Shown one piece after another: positions 1-11,760 of a DNA stretch of 46,166 bases (position 1 is the stretch's first letter; every line of letters begins with the position of its first letter). The translations under genes were made by a program, and so were the position numbers. Location of the stretch: contig NW_008246068.1 in NCBI RefSeq assembly GCF_000281045.1, positions 1,517,587-1,563,752 of the forward strand. Reading direction: 5' to 3'. The notes below the pieces were generated by a model that saw nothing but the letters and a program-made list of their open reading frames with translations, did not search any database and had not been told where the DNA came from. Source of the DNA: Saprolegnia diclina VS20. Taxonomy: Eukaryota.

Positions 1-38
1 CGGGCAGCTCTACGGTGCGATGTCGCGGGTCCAAGCAT
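1..38 (-). CDS. Possible 5' end of a gene running off the left edge (MLGPATSHRRAA...)
   Basis: ATG at 38-36 with an open frame to the window edge, and an Inr-like TCATTTT on the minus strand near 64-70. Too short to identify. Confidence 0.25.
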   Translation of the reverse strand, partial: MLGPATSHRRAA

Positions 39-710
39 GTGCAAACTTCCGGATCTTGGCTCTAAAATGAAATGCCGACGGCCGTTCACCAAAAACATCG
101 TTTGCGACGAAGTTCTTGATGAGACAGACCGGACAGTCATGTGTACTACGTCGTCATAAATAAACACCTACAATCTTACCATTCAAAAACTCCCTTTCGC
201 TAAAATAGTGGCCATACGGCTACTGGTCTCACCCTTGTTGAAGCCGTCTCGAAAAGCAACGTTGCTCTTGTAGACTTGGCGCCTAGACACACGAAAGGTC
301 TGACCAGACCCAGCAGAATAGCACGAGTTGGTGTGCACAGCGTCAATCGAGGCTTTGGATTCGAAGGGATGAGACGTCTCCAACTACCAGCCTCGCTCGA
401 CGGCGATTCCACTCAGGCCTACTGAACGCACCATACCCCTCCTTTCCGGGGGCACTTATGCGCGAAATAACTTGGTTCTGCGAAGTCAACTTCCATCGTT
501 TTTGTTTCCATAGCATTGTTCTCTCCGTGCGCAGCTCACTCCCAACGACCAAGTGCTGAGCCAACTCCCACGCATTCAGGCGTAGCGCTACGTATGCGAA
601 GTCTTAGTGTCATAATGAAGATAACGCGGAACACGTTCATATATATATATAGCATTGTTCTCGCCTGCTCAGTCCGACGGCCGGTGCAAGATACTCACCA
701 GCGCCCCATG

Positions 711-763
711 ATTGGCCAATTTTATCAACGGGATCTTATTGCCTTTGACGCCAGTGTTCATTT
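711..763 (+). promoter_or_regulatory. Core promoter of the saposin gene: ATTGGCCAAT palindrome (CCAAT on both strands) and Inr-like TTCATTT
   Basis: ATTGGCCAAT at 711-720 and TCATTT at 758-763, just before ATG 768. Matches known oomycete Inr/CCAAT elements. Confidence 0.5.
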
Positions 764-767
764 CGCG

Positions 768-2138
768 ATGGGCTTGACGCACGTGCTGACAGCTATTGGC
801 CTCGCGCTAGCGGCCGCAGTCTCGAGTGGCGACAGCAGCCAGCATGCGTTACTCGCGCAGCCCACGTGCACGATCGATGTGCCTTGGGAAGACGAGCTAG
901 CAGCGCAGCGCGACTGCAAGTGGGCCAAGTGCCACCTCTGCTGGAAGAGCGTGTGGTACATCAAAGAGACGCATGTGCTGCCAAACATTACGATCGGAAC
1001 AGTCGCCAAGGGCACGCACTTGACGTGCTCATGGCTCTCGCACGCGCGCAACGACACGACGTGCGCGGCGATCACGGACGCAGTGCCCTCGATCGTCGTA
1101 AACCTGACGGCGGGCCACAGAGTTGGCGATGTGTGCCGTAGCCTCGCGCTCTGCAAGAGCCGGAAGCCCCAAAAGCCGCGAAAGATGTCCAAGGGTATCG
1201 GCAGCATCTGCACCCACTGCTACTACGGCGTCAAGTACGTCAACGCAACGCGTCACATTTCTGGGCTTCCCGAAAAGGCTGTCAAGATCGGCGTCCAGGT
1301 GCTCTGTCCTCACTGCCCGCACTACCGCAAGGCCTGTCACAAGTTTGTGCGCAGTGTACCCACGATCCTCAAGGAGCTCGAGACTGGCAAAACGTGCGCC
1401 AAGGCCATTTGCAAGGACGTGGGATTTTGCGGGCGCAAACACCGTGCCCATGGCGAGCGCCCAACGCCGGACGACGACGATGCAGACGACATGAGCCTTG
1501 ACGAGGATGCAGATGATGAAGAGGTTGATCTTGGACACCACGCTTGCAAGCGCCACGGCCGTCGACATGACCATCAAACTGCGCGTTGTGCTGGCAAGTG
1601 CCGTCATTGTCGCCCGTACAACGACGGTGATGATGCAGAAGATGACGGTGACGGGATGGACGATGAAATCGATACGTGGTACTCCCACCACGGTCGTCAT
1701 TGTCATGGTCGCTACCGCCGTCATTACTCTCACGACACGAACGAAGGCGAACTGGACGAAGCATACGAGGACATTGCCTCGGAGACGACGCATGTGTACC
1801 ACGGTGGCTCCACTTGCCACGGTCCCCGTCATGGTCGCTGCCACCATCATTGTCGCCACCACCACCACCACCACCATCACCACCATCACCACCATCACCA
1901 CCACCACCATCAACACCACCATCACCACGATGACGATGTCGGTGAAGTCGGTTGGGCGGAGGGGCAAGCGAAGCACTTAAGCATCGTGAAGGCGGCACAT
2001 TTCTCCAAGGTGACATCGATTGTGGCAGCGGGCGTAGTGACGGTGGGCATCGTATTCCTCACGGCGAAGGTCTTTCAGCGCAGACGCGTGCAAGGCGTCG
2101 AAGCCGAATACGTCGCGGTGCCTCAGCAAGGTCGGTAG
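768..2138 (+). CDS. Type I membrane protein with two saposin-B-like domains, acidic/His-Cys-rich stalk and poly-His tract
   Basis: Intronless ORF. Signal peptide MGLTHVLTAIGLALAAAVSS. Two SapB Cys patterns (CHLC...C...C...C..LALC and CTHC...C...C...CKDVGFC). TM SIVAAGVVTVGIVFLTAKVF. Short tail containing YVAV. Confidence 0.8.
   Translation: MGLTHVLTAIGLALAAAVSSGDSSQHALLAQPTCTIDVPWEDELAAQRDCKWAKCHLCWKSVWYIKETHVLPNITIGTVAKGTHLTCSWLSHARNDTTCAAITDAVPSIVVNLTAGHRVGDVCRSLALCKSRKPQKPRKMSKGIGSICTHCYYGVKYVNATRHISGLPEKAVKIGVQVLCPHCPHYRKACHKFVRSVPTILKELETGKTCAKAICKDVGFCGRKHRAHGERPTPDDDDADDMSLDEDADDEEVDLGHHACKRHGRRHDHQTARCAGKCRHCRPYNDGDDAEDDGDGMDDEIDTWYSHHGRHCHGRYRRHYSHDTNEGELDEAYEDIASETTHVYHGGSTCHGPRHGRCHHHCRHHHHHHHHHHHHHHHHHHQHHHHHDDDVGEVGWAEGQAKHLSIVKAAHFSKVTSIVAAGVVTVGIVFLTAKVFQRRRVQGVEAEYVAVPQQGR
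1857..1928 (+). repeat. (CAC/CAT)n trinucleotide repeat encoding His18-Gln-His5
   Basis: Read directly, in frame with 768..2138. Confidence 0.95.
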
Positions 2139-2256
2139 GACGATGCTAAGCGTGCAGCGATGCGTGGTTCTCTTAACCTCAACATGTAATCGTTACATAC
2201 GAATTCTCGCATTGACAGGAACACGAATTAGTAGCGACAAATGTAGTATTGGCACA

Positions 2257-5200
2257 TCAGGACGTTGCAATGTTGCCGTATAAACCGATGCAAGTCTCTA
2301 CAAACTCGACCTGCCGTGCATGCATCGCTGCCACAAGAAGCTATCCAATGCTTCCTTTTGAGGAAGCCCGGTACGAAGCACACACCGTACCTTGGCGTAC
2401 TTGAGCTTCTTTTCGTCGTCACCAGCTTGGTCGGCCATGTGCTCGTGAAGTTGGCGGAGCCGCTGAAAACGCTGCTCGGTCATGGGTCAAAAACAAAGCT
2501 CCTCAATGACAATTCGCACCTGGAGCAGCATAGTCTGTAGGTACTGGCCGTTGGGGGACATGTCCAGAAGACACAAAGCTGGGGTTATGACCTAGACATT
2601 CGTCGGCAATGCGGGATATTTGCAAACGTGACGAACATAATCCTTTTTGGTCGCGAGCACGTGGTCGTAGAGTGATGAGAGCATCTCATATTGCGCCAGT
2701 CGCTCCTCCTGCATGTATCCCACGAGAGTCTACGGAGCGCATAACACCTCATGTGGATTTTGGCTCATACGGAAGCGGTGCGGAACTGCGCTACGTGCGT
2801 GTCTTGGAGGCTCTGGAGCACATCGACCTCGGCGCAGCACCGCATCAGCCGGGAATCATACTACTCAAACAGTGGGCGACGATGGATCCGAACTCAGGAC
2901 TATTACGTCGTGCAGGACGCGCTCCAAAAAGCCATCCACGCTGCTGGCAAAACGCTCGGACGCGAGGCGCTAGTCGTAACAGTTGCACATCAATTTGTCG
3001 CTCCATTCTATGCGTACATGGGTTTGCGCGCTGTTTGCCGCAGCCCGCTTGAGCTCGTTGATCTTGGTTTCGGCATGCGCAAGCTGGGCTTCGAGATGCG
3101 CAACCATCTTGGCGTGTACTTCTCGCTCGCTACGAAACCTCGCCATGAAGATGAAACCCAGAGAAGACATTCGATACTTGATAGTTTGAACAACCTCGGG
3201 CGAAGACTTTGCCACGTCTGCGCTGCGCGCCACTGCTGCAGCCAGTTCTGCCGACAGGAACACTGCTTTCGCCTCGGCATCCACAGCCCGTGTGGTTAGC
3301 GCAGCGAGTTGGTAGGTTAAGGCTGTTGCTTTGGCATCGGCTGCGTCGACTTTGGTCTGGAGCGCACTGAGTGCCGGATCATGCACCTTGGGTTCAGTAA
3401 TAGTCGCGTGGGGTTGCACTGGCGCCTGCGACACATTGAGTACAACTCGTTGTTTTTCCTCCTCGATCGCTTCGCGTTTCTCGTCCAGTGTGCTGCATTT
3501 CGTCAGTATTAGTGTCTGGTTGAGCTTCGTACTTGGATGCAGCGGCGTTAGGAAGGCGCAATTCCAGTGCTGCAATGCGGTTGCACAACATAGTCTCTCG
3601 TGCAGCTGCCGTCGCCTTGGCTGATGCCAGCCTACGCTTGATGGTGATGTATTGTACGTCGCGTCGGGAGCGCCTACGCAGCAGCGCTGACAGCGTCCTT
3701 CTCCTGCGTTGCCATTTGTAACCTCTCGATGATCGAGCAGAGGTCAATTTTCTCCGCAGCGTGCCTACGATAGATCTCGGTGTTGAGTTCAAACCAAAAG
3801 GGATAGCCCAATTTACGCTGCATTTGCTGCGTCGATCCCGCGCTGCACCAGCGTCTGCACTTCATCGAGCGCCGAAGTTTCGGAACTTGCTGTTTGGCTT
3901 TCGACCGATAACACGGCATTTGTACTTGACGGTAGGCCCACTTGGACACCCACCGCTGTTGTGAGCACTCTCGCAGATGACGTCACAACTGTTTGCGTGC
4001 CAGTCGTTGTCATCATTGTCGTCAGCGGCGCTGTAGGCAACGGTGCTGAGATCGTCTCGCAGTCGATCTGCGTCTCCCGCTCGGTTGTTAGTGCAGGTTC
4101 GTTGGTTTGAGCTTCCTTCGATTGGGGCGAAGGACATACGTCAGTCTGGACACACGAGACCACGACTTCAGCGTTTTCGGTTTGGCTGCCGACAGCATGG
4201 ACGTCCTTGGTGAGGGCAGCTCGAAGTGCTTGGAGCTCGCCCTGGGCTTCGGAATCCTTGCGCAATAGGTCGTTTGTCTCCTTGGCCTGCTCGGCCCATG
4301 CACTACGAGATCAGTTTCATAACGCATATCGAATGACACGCACTTGGCCTCGGCCTGCGTTTGCACCGAAATGGCGTGCACAAGCGATTTGACCCGCGCC
4401 TGTTCATCAAGGAGCTTCTGTTCCATCTGCGCCGTCGTTTGCAATAGCTGATGCTGTCGCCACGTCTGAACCGCTCGCCGAGCGGCCGCCAAAGTGCATA
4501 GTCGAAGGCACCGGAGGAGCCACTGCCGGCGCTGGAACGAATGGATTGTGTGCTGTGTCCAAGATCTCCATGCGCGCACCAGCAAAAGCTGCTTCTTGTG
4601 CTGGCGCGCAATACTCTGCTGACGCGCATCGAGAAGCGCTCGATGTACATGCGCCGCCCACGCACGCAACGCAGCTCGTAGTCGCGGCTTGCGCCACAGG
4701 GACCCGAGGCGCAAGATGGACGGTTTCCAAAACCGCTGGCGTCGGCGCAGTTCCAAAGCGTCCGTGAGTAGGCGGCGGCAGCGGTAGCGTCGAAAGCAAG
4801 CTTGCAGTCTCTTGGCAGCGTACTGGCGCTTTGCCGCTTCTTGCACGCGCTTGCGCCGACGAAGGGCGTCCCGCCACGCTCGAAGTCCGATCGCAAGGAT
4901 GCGTCGACGGTAAGTGAGAACGCGCTGATCGATTGCCGCTTGCTGGGACGGCGTGCGGGTGGCTCGCGGGGGTGGAGCCATCTCCCCAGGGCTCGTTGCA
5001 CGGTCCACCATTTCAGGGAGGTCGTCTTCGTCATCGCACGCAGCAATGTCTTCTGGCTTGTTCGCTATGTATGACGACACGACCGCAGCCCGGGGTGCCG
5101 CTGCAGGCTTCTCCAAGGTCTCGGGCAGCTCATCATCCTCGTCTTCAACGTCGTTGCGGCTACGTCACGGACCTTTTAGATCGTAACACTCGAGTCCCTT

Positions 5201-5913
5201 ACGGTAGTGGGTGTCGTTGAGCCACGCTATGCGGGGTCCTCGGCAACTTGACCTCCAATGCATCTCGTGATCGTTGTTTGGCGGGTCGTCCATCCTACCT
5301 CGTGCTCTCTTGCAGCTGCCAGTCGTTTGCGTTCCAAGAGCTTGCGCTCGACGAGGCTGCGCAACGCGGCGTCCATGAGCGTTTGGTTGCGGAAGGACGG
5401 ATGGACGCGGGAGTGGAAATGATTGCCTTGCGTGCTCTTGCTAAACGTGGGCGCGCCCATCGATGCTGTCGACGCAGCCACCGACGACGTCACCGTGATG
5501 TCAAACCTACACAAGGCGTGCGGACTGCTTTATCGAAACCGATCGCACGTGAAGGCGTCATGGGGCGTTCCAAATGCAAGCGTGTCGCCGTGCACGACTT
5601 TGGTCGGCGAGCCAATGCGCTGGCCGTTGACGAAGACGTCCGCGGCAACGCCCATGCCCGAGACGACAGCCTACACGCGCGTAGGAATGTGCGCTCTCGA
5701 TATACCCACGACTACCTCGGACGTTGTCGGCGACAACTCGACGAGCGCGTGTCGGTCGCCAATGTTGGCGCCATCCAGAACCTACTCTGACCGTTGTTGA
5801 TGGCGCGAGGCGGACGACGTCGATACCACGTTGCAGTGGAACGACGATGTCCCGAGGATGTTGGGACCTGGCACGAGCTCGTGCACGACGTCGTGTCGGC
5901 GCAAGGCTGGCAT
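2257..5913 (-). CDS. Multi-exon FHA-domain, IQ-motif and Sfi1-like Trp-repeat coiled-coil protein (likely centrosomal/flagellar)
   Basis: Splicing GT-AG introns 5782-5826, 5671-5715 and 5507-5548 gives MPALRRHDVVHELVPGPNILGTSSFHCNVVLDGANIGDRHALVEL...VFVNGQRIGSPTKVVHGDTLAFG (FHA pattern). IQ-like AAKRLQACFRRYRCRR. Repeats LRAWRD/LRAWAAH/RAWRSW/VQTWRQ. Coiled-coil exons in ORFs 3813-4265 and 2970-3575. The 3' end is approximate. Confidence 0.7.
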
Positions 5914-6011
5914 CCGTTCTTCGAAAGATTCGCCGTTTTCGTGGGATAAATCAACGCAACGAAAATACAGAGTTCGACGTTATAGAGTCCGTTCGATGCG
6001 TACATAAATGG

Positions 6012-8641
6012 CTACGACCACCAGACGCTCTTGAGGTCGTCTTGGCCAAACATCTTTTTGCACGTCGGGCACTTGCGGTTGCGCGCCTTGAGGTTGGCGT
6101 CCATGCAGTCCTTGCAAAACATGTGCGAGCACTTGGAGATGATCACGTCTTTCAGCGCGTCCTGGCACACGGAGCACTTGAGCTTCTTGCGCAGATCCCC
6201 GAGCTCAAAGCGCTCCAGCTCGCTCAGCGGTGCGGCGTCGACCTAGTCTCCAGTGTGGCGTTCCGACGCTAAACCAATTGACTGCTACCTCAGCCGCTTT
6301 GACGAGCGGCGCACTCGCCTTGGCCTCGCACTTCTCGCATGGCGTCACCTTTTCAGCTTTGGGCTGCGCCGCCATGTGCTTGGTAAACTCGAGCTCCCGG
6401 AGTGCGCGCATCTTGTCCTTCTCCGCGTCGTCCTTGAAGACGAGCACGCGATTCACGTGCGCGTGGAGGCCCTGAAGTTCGTCTTCCTTGGTTTTTATCA
6501 CGTCCTACCGGAAAACGTCGTCGCATCACTCCACTCGGTGTAACGTGCACACCGCAAACCCGTGCTCAAGGGTCTTTTGCTGCTTCTGGAGGCCCTGAAG
6601 CGCTGCAACTTGGAGCCGGACACCAGCGAGCTCATCAAAGCTAAATGCGTTTGCCTGCTCGAGCTTGGCAATGGTTTGGTGTAGCTTGGTAATAGCCGTC
6701 TCCTTTTCGTTGAGCTTTTGCAGCGTCTTCTTCATCTGGTCGCGCATTGCGTCCGCCTCGCGGTTCACAGCGTCAACCTCGAGCACGATGGCATTCAGTT
6801 CGGCGTCGTGGTTTACGTCCTTGCGCAGCTCGAGCTCGCGCGCGATGGCATCCCGCGCCACCTCCGCAGTAGCGAGTTTGGTCTCCGTTTCGGCAAGAGC
6901 TTTTCTTGTCGCCTGGTCACGAGAAACCATGGCCAACCCGTCGCCCGATCTAGCGTACATGATCAGTATCGTAGCATTTGATGTACGGCCGTACGTTAGG
7001 TCGGTTTGCAATGCATCATAGGACGCCTGGAGATTAGCCAGCTGGCTTTCGAGGCGCCGAACGGTCGCGGAAGTTGCCGCATCTTGGACTTCAACGACAC
7101 ATTGGCGGTACTTTTCCGAGCCTCGGAGCTGCAAGGTACTGGATGAGGTGCAAGTTTTGGCACACAACGTACGTACCTGGGCGTGAAGACTCGCAACTTG
7201 ACGCTCGTACGACAAAAGAAGTGTCTTGTACTCGGCCATCTAGTGCAGAGTCACACCAAGTTCGAGCGCCGCAGACTCGACACACCTGGTCCTTGTACGA
7301 GGCAAATGTTGCAAGTTTGGCTTTGAGCTCCGCGTTTTTCAGCATAGCGTCGTCCAGTTTGGCCTTGGTTCTGAGAGCGTCGCCTTGGTACTTGACGAGC
7401 TTCTTCTTCCACTTTTCGTGAATGTGCGCGTCCATGTCCTGTAGGTTGCATGAGACCAAGAACAGCCGCCCGGACGCACCTTGCACTTGAGCTTGAAGCG
7501 CATGTACTCGTCCTTGACGTGTGCAAGTTCATTCATGGCGCGCGTCAACTGCTCGTCGTGGAGAGTCTTGAGAGCGGACATCGAACTCTTGGTCTATTCG
7601 AAGCAGCTTTTTCAGGAAAAATGATAAATAAGACACGTACCGTCGCTTCCGTCGCCATCGCGCGACGAAGATCCGACTCGAGCTTGCCAAGTTTCTTGAG
7701 CGTTGCCTCCGTGTCCGTAGCACGGTTATCAGACGCGGCTTCGGGGTCCGTCTACGCACTTTGCAGTTTGCACGCTATGTAATGGAGTGGCGAGTACCTT
7801 GAGCTCGCTCGGCGGCTGCGAGACTCTGGCCTTCGGCGACCCGTTCTTCATGCGATCGATCTCACGGCAGGCTTGGTGACGCTCCAATTCTTTACGGTCG
7901 AGGTCGCACTTGACTTCACGCAGTTGCTGCTTGTACGCAGCAAGTTGCTCCTTGATGCTCGCTGCCAGACGCTCAGCCTTGGTCTTGGCGTCAATGGCCC
8001 GTGCCAGAGCTTCCGCCTCGTTGACCTTGGCACTTGCGGCCGCGGTTTCCGCGAGGAGGCGACTAACGAAGCCCTTGATATATTCGCACTCGCCGCGCAA
8101 ATGAGAGTTCACAGCGGCGTCTGCGGCCGCGTCTGCGGCCGCGTCTGCGGCCGCGTCTGCGGTCGATGGCTCAGTGCCCGACTGGTACCACTCGTCAATT
8201 TCGCAATAGAGATCTTCGGGTAGCTTGACTTCAATCGTGCCAATCGCTTCGATCGCTGCCTGAGCGTCGTGCGACGCATCTGCCAGACGTCGACGATGAG
8301 TGCAACACCAGGCAAGGACTGGTACCTGGGAGTAGCGTGTGCAGCGTGCTCAAGAGGGAGCTCCAATGACTCAGCACTGAGCGTGAGCGGGCGTCGACGA
8401 TATGGCGGTGTACGAAGAGCTCGCTGCACTTGGTCTCTAAAAACTGGATCCGGCGGTTCTTCTCGCCAAGGACCTCCCGCAACGCTGCGTTCCGCGCCCG
8501 GAGCTGCTTGTCGGTCTCGATAGGCTCGCCTTCCTCTTCATCCTTGGTACTTTCCTCGTTGGCCTCTTGCCGCTTGGTCCGTTTTCCCGCGACCTGCGGC
8601 GGCTCGTCCGTGTCGGCTTCTCGCTTCCGTCGGTGGTCCAT
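6012..8641 (-). CDS. BRE1: E3 ubiquitin-protein ligase BRE1 (RNF20/40 family), multi-exon
   Basis: Long coiled coil followed by a terminal C3HC4 RING in exon 6012-6242: LKCSVCQDALKDVIISKCSHMFCKDCMDANLKARNRKCPTCKKMFGQDDLKSVWWS*. This is the characteristic BRE1 C-terminus. Confidence 0.9.
8117..8162. repeat. 12-bp tandem repeat (GCGTCTGCGGCC, about 4 copies) encoding ADAA repeats in BRE1
   Basis: Read directly. Confidence 0.85.
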
Positions 8642-8866
8642 CGTGTATTGCCCAGCCAGCAACAGGTATTAATATTCATTACATTTTTCACTCTTTGAAT
8701 TTGTATTTCATCTGGAGATATTTAATCGGCCAAATAAGCCCAGCCTGTGGAAAACGTGTTGGTGTGGTTTATTCACGTGAAAAACGTTAACGTCATCTTG
8801 GTCAAACGCTGACTCAACCCTCGTGCACCATGGTGTGAAACGTGAATTTTGGGACAAACCACCGCA

Positions 8867-10778
8867 TCATTTGGTTTTGCGCTCATTGAGCGTGAGCTTG
8901 ACATGCAGCTGATAGTCACCGCCGGCGCCAGCGACGTCGGGCGATACAACGTTCATCTGGATAGCCTTGGCGACGCTAATCTACGCGGCCGTAAGCCACG
9001 GACGAAGCTCACGTTTTCCCTTGCGTACCTCGCCCAGCGCCTGCTCAATCGATGCCGGCTTGAGGAAAGCCGCGACGTCGACGATCATCGAAAGCCACAG
9101 GACTAGCATGGAAAAGTATGATGTGATGCACACACTGTGGTGTGTCGTACTTGATGTCTTGGTTTCTGCTGCATTGCCCAGCCCTGGTCGCACTTCGCTA
9201 ACTTTCACGACGAGCCCTTGAACTACATTCGCACATCATGTCACTTTTGCTCACACAGGAGACGCAACGGAGCGTACACTTCAGGCAGTCGCGCAGTGCC
9301 ACGGACGGAGCCAAAGAGCGCCGCGCCATCTCGTACCCGCGGCAGTTGCCGTTGACTGCGACTTCCGCAAGGGTCTCGTGTAGCAAACCCGATGCGATCT
9401 CGACTGTGACAGCAAACTTGGGGCCAGCGTCGGTTGGCTCTGGAAGACCCAGCACGGTCACGGCTGCCGTGAGGTCGACCGAATGCTCCTCACTCAAGTC
9501 GACGTTCTTGGTGGCCTCTCGCTCTTTGTCCCGAATCGCAATATCATCCACTACCTCGAGCGTCGGCAGTTGCGTAAGGAGCGCATGGCGGTACCCGCGA
9601 CAAAGAGTGATGGGATTCCCGACAAGAAAGACGTGGCGCAAATGCGGAAGGTCTTGAAGCGCGTTTACGAGCACGTCGAGCGCGACGAGCTTGTTAAAGG
9701 AGAGGTCCAGCGATAGCAACGAGGTTGGCAAGGCGGGACACACGCCAAAAGCGTTGAGTCCCAAGCCCAGGTGTACAAGCTGTGGACAGACCAAACGCAC
9801 GTCCGAAAGCGCATTGTTGTACGCGTCGACTTCGAGAATGGACGCCGGCAGGTGCTCGAGGAGAGAGAGGTTGTTGTCGCTCAAGTCGATGCGCTCCAGA
9901 TACTGGAGTCGCCGGGCAAAGTTACCATCAATCGCCTCGATCCCAAGTTTGGTGAGGCGTAGGGTGCGTACAGCACGGACGACCTTGCTCGGATCATGGC
10001 CCACGGCCAAGATCTCCGACAGTTCGTTGCACCAGTCAAGTGAACACGCCTCCAAGTCGGAGTACGTGTCGCTTAGCGTGCATCGAAGGTACCCAAGCTC
10101 CTCTTCCTCTTCTTCTTTCGCCACAGCAGCGGCGGCCGCTGCTGCTTGCGCTGCTGCTGCCTCGGCCAACGCCGCTGCCGCAGCGGCCGCCGCCGCCGCT
10201 TCTTTTTTTGACGGAGACGGCAGACGCGACCCAGAGCTTGACGGTGTCATCACGCGCTCATCGCGTCGACCGCTTCCTTGGACGGTCACAGGGCGCGACT
10301 TGTTTGTTTTTTCGGACGTTGACAGTCGTGTTTTGGGGTCGAGCGCCGCCTTAGAGTCGGACGCCGTGAGTAAGATGGGCACAATCTCTGGGGCCTGCGC
10401 TGGCGGTGGCGCCTCAGTCGCCTTGGAGGCGTTGGCGAGGCGCACATCAAATGCTGCGAACTCTCGTTGGCACTCGCGAAAATCCTCGACCGCGTCGTCA
10501 GCATTGGCGGGGGGAGTGCTCTTCGCGATCGTCGGAGAGTGGCCCGCTGTGTCGCGGCGCAACGAGATACCAACGGTCGCAAGCAACATGAGCTCCAAGG
10601 CCATGCTGGCATGCATCGGCTGGTCCATCGTATGTTCTCACAAGCGGTTTCAGACAATTCAACGTCGTCGCCGTTCATTCAGTCAATCGAGAGACAACTT
10701 GACACACCACTCAAGCTCTCCAGCAACTGCATTTTCCCACTTTGCCAGAATCTTGCTTTTGGTTTTGCGATGAATCAT
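8867..10778 (-). CDS. Leucine-rich repeat protein, LRRC43-like (SDS22-type LRRs with LRRcap), multi-exon
   Basis: ORF 9198-10628 contains LERIDLSDNNL, LVHLGLGLNAF, LLSLDLSFNKL and LRHVFLVGNPITLCRGYRHALLTQLPTLEVVD (LRR cap), plus a poly-Ala/poly-Glu linker. First and last exons are estimated. Confidence 0.7.
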
Positions 10779-11745
10779 GGCCGGCGGGGGGAGTGGCTCC
10801 TTCACAGCCGTATCATTTGGGCTCATTTGGGCGGTATTGGCAACCCTGCATTCCTCCATAACATTCCTGTGCAAAACCAGTAATCCTTATCAGTCGATGT
10901 GTATGGCATAGTTTTCGTATTATGGATTAGAAGTTCTCCTGAGCTTATCAATTTCAAATGTTAGTATCAATCGACTCCGAGCGCGCATGTGACCGCGACG
11001 GGTTCCTATCATTTGGTACCGCTTGCTATATGCAGACAATAGCAGCAAATCGAAATGGGGGAGTTCGATTCTCTGTGGCAGATTTGCCTGCAAATGTGTG
11101 ACTACTTAAAAGGGTCAGGCCACGGCAAAGTGGTCTTAAATTTATCCATCAACATTGATCAGTCCCTCAGGATAAGCATCATTCCCTTTCTTCTACAAAC
11201 TACAGTACGATGTAGTGTGGGGAATCCAGCATAACGCCGCACGGAATGCTACGCTATGTGCCTACTTCCCAGACGAGAATCCTCGCCCGCATTGCTTTTC
11301 CTGCCAAATGTTCGAAGCAGTCTTCATTTGGAAGAGAAGGAGTTCGGACCGTTGATTGACAGGAAGACATAAAACTACATGGAGAGCGGCGACTGCGCTG
11401 GTACTCTGTCAAAATGCTAATGACGAGACAGTTGCCAAGACGCATTAGCAAATGACTGGCCACCGACAAGTCTCGTTCAAGTGCGCTCCAACGGCCGCAC
11501 CCTTAAGTTCGAGCGTACCTATCTGATTTCTCTCGGATAACATCCGGATAGAAACCACACGGCACGTGCACGGGTACAACTGTCCATACGCAATTGCAAT
11601 ATGCATCCATATATAACTCTTGCACACGCAAACCCACGTCTATCCTCAATCTACCGTTAGCGGCACCGTGCCACGTTGGCCGCCATGCTCGTCCACGGCA
11701 AAAAATCACTTGCAAACGCAGTGCCAGAAGATCTCAAATGGATAC

Positions 11746-11760
11746 CGAATCCGGATATGC
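11746..11760 (+). promoter_or_regulatory. Candidate cis-element CGAATCCGGATATGC (ATCCGGAT core)
   Basis: 14/15 identical to the element upstream of Hikeshi (reverse complement of 38687-38701). About 70 bp upstream of ATG 11828. Confidence 0.45.

Noticed and set aside
516..767. N-terminal extension of the saposin ORF from TTG 516
   Set aside because: Non-ATG start, the region contains promoter-like CCAAT, Inr and (TA)n sequence, and the signal peptide begins at ATG 768.
1029..2016. Long antisense and alternate-frame ORFs over the His repeat (poly-Val, poly-Gly, poly-Thr, poly-Pro)
   Set aside because: Shadow frames of the CAC/CAT and GAY repeats.
5248..5800. Plus-strand ORFs 5248-5790 and 5423-5800
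   Set aside because: Antisense to the spliced FHA exons, which have canonical introns and a recognisable domain pattern.
8117..8162. 12-bp repeat (and the one at 25150-25220) as a CRISPR-like or mobile-element signal
   Set aside because: No spacers. These are in-frame coding minisatellites in a eukaryotic gene.
11040..11095. tRNA gene suggested by GTTCGATTC
   Set aside because: No acceptor stem, D arm or anticodon arm could be built. Kept only as a low-interest structure.
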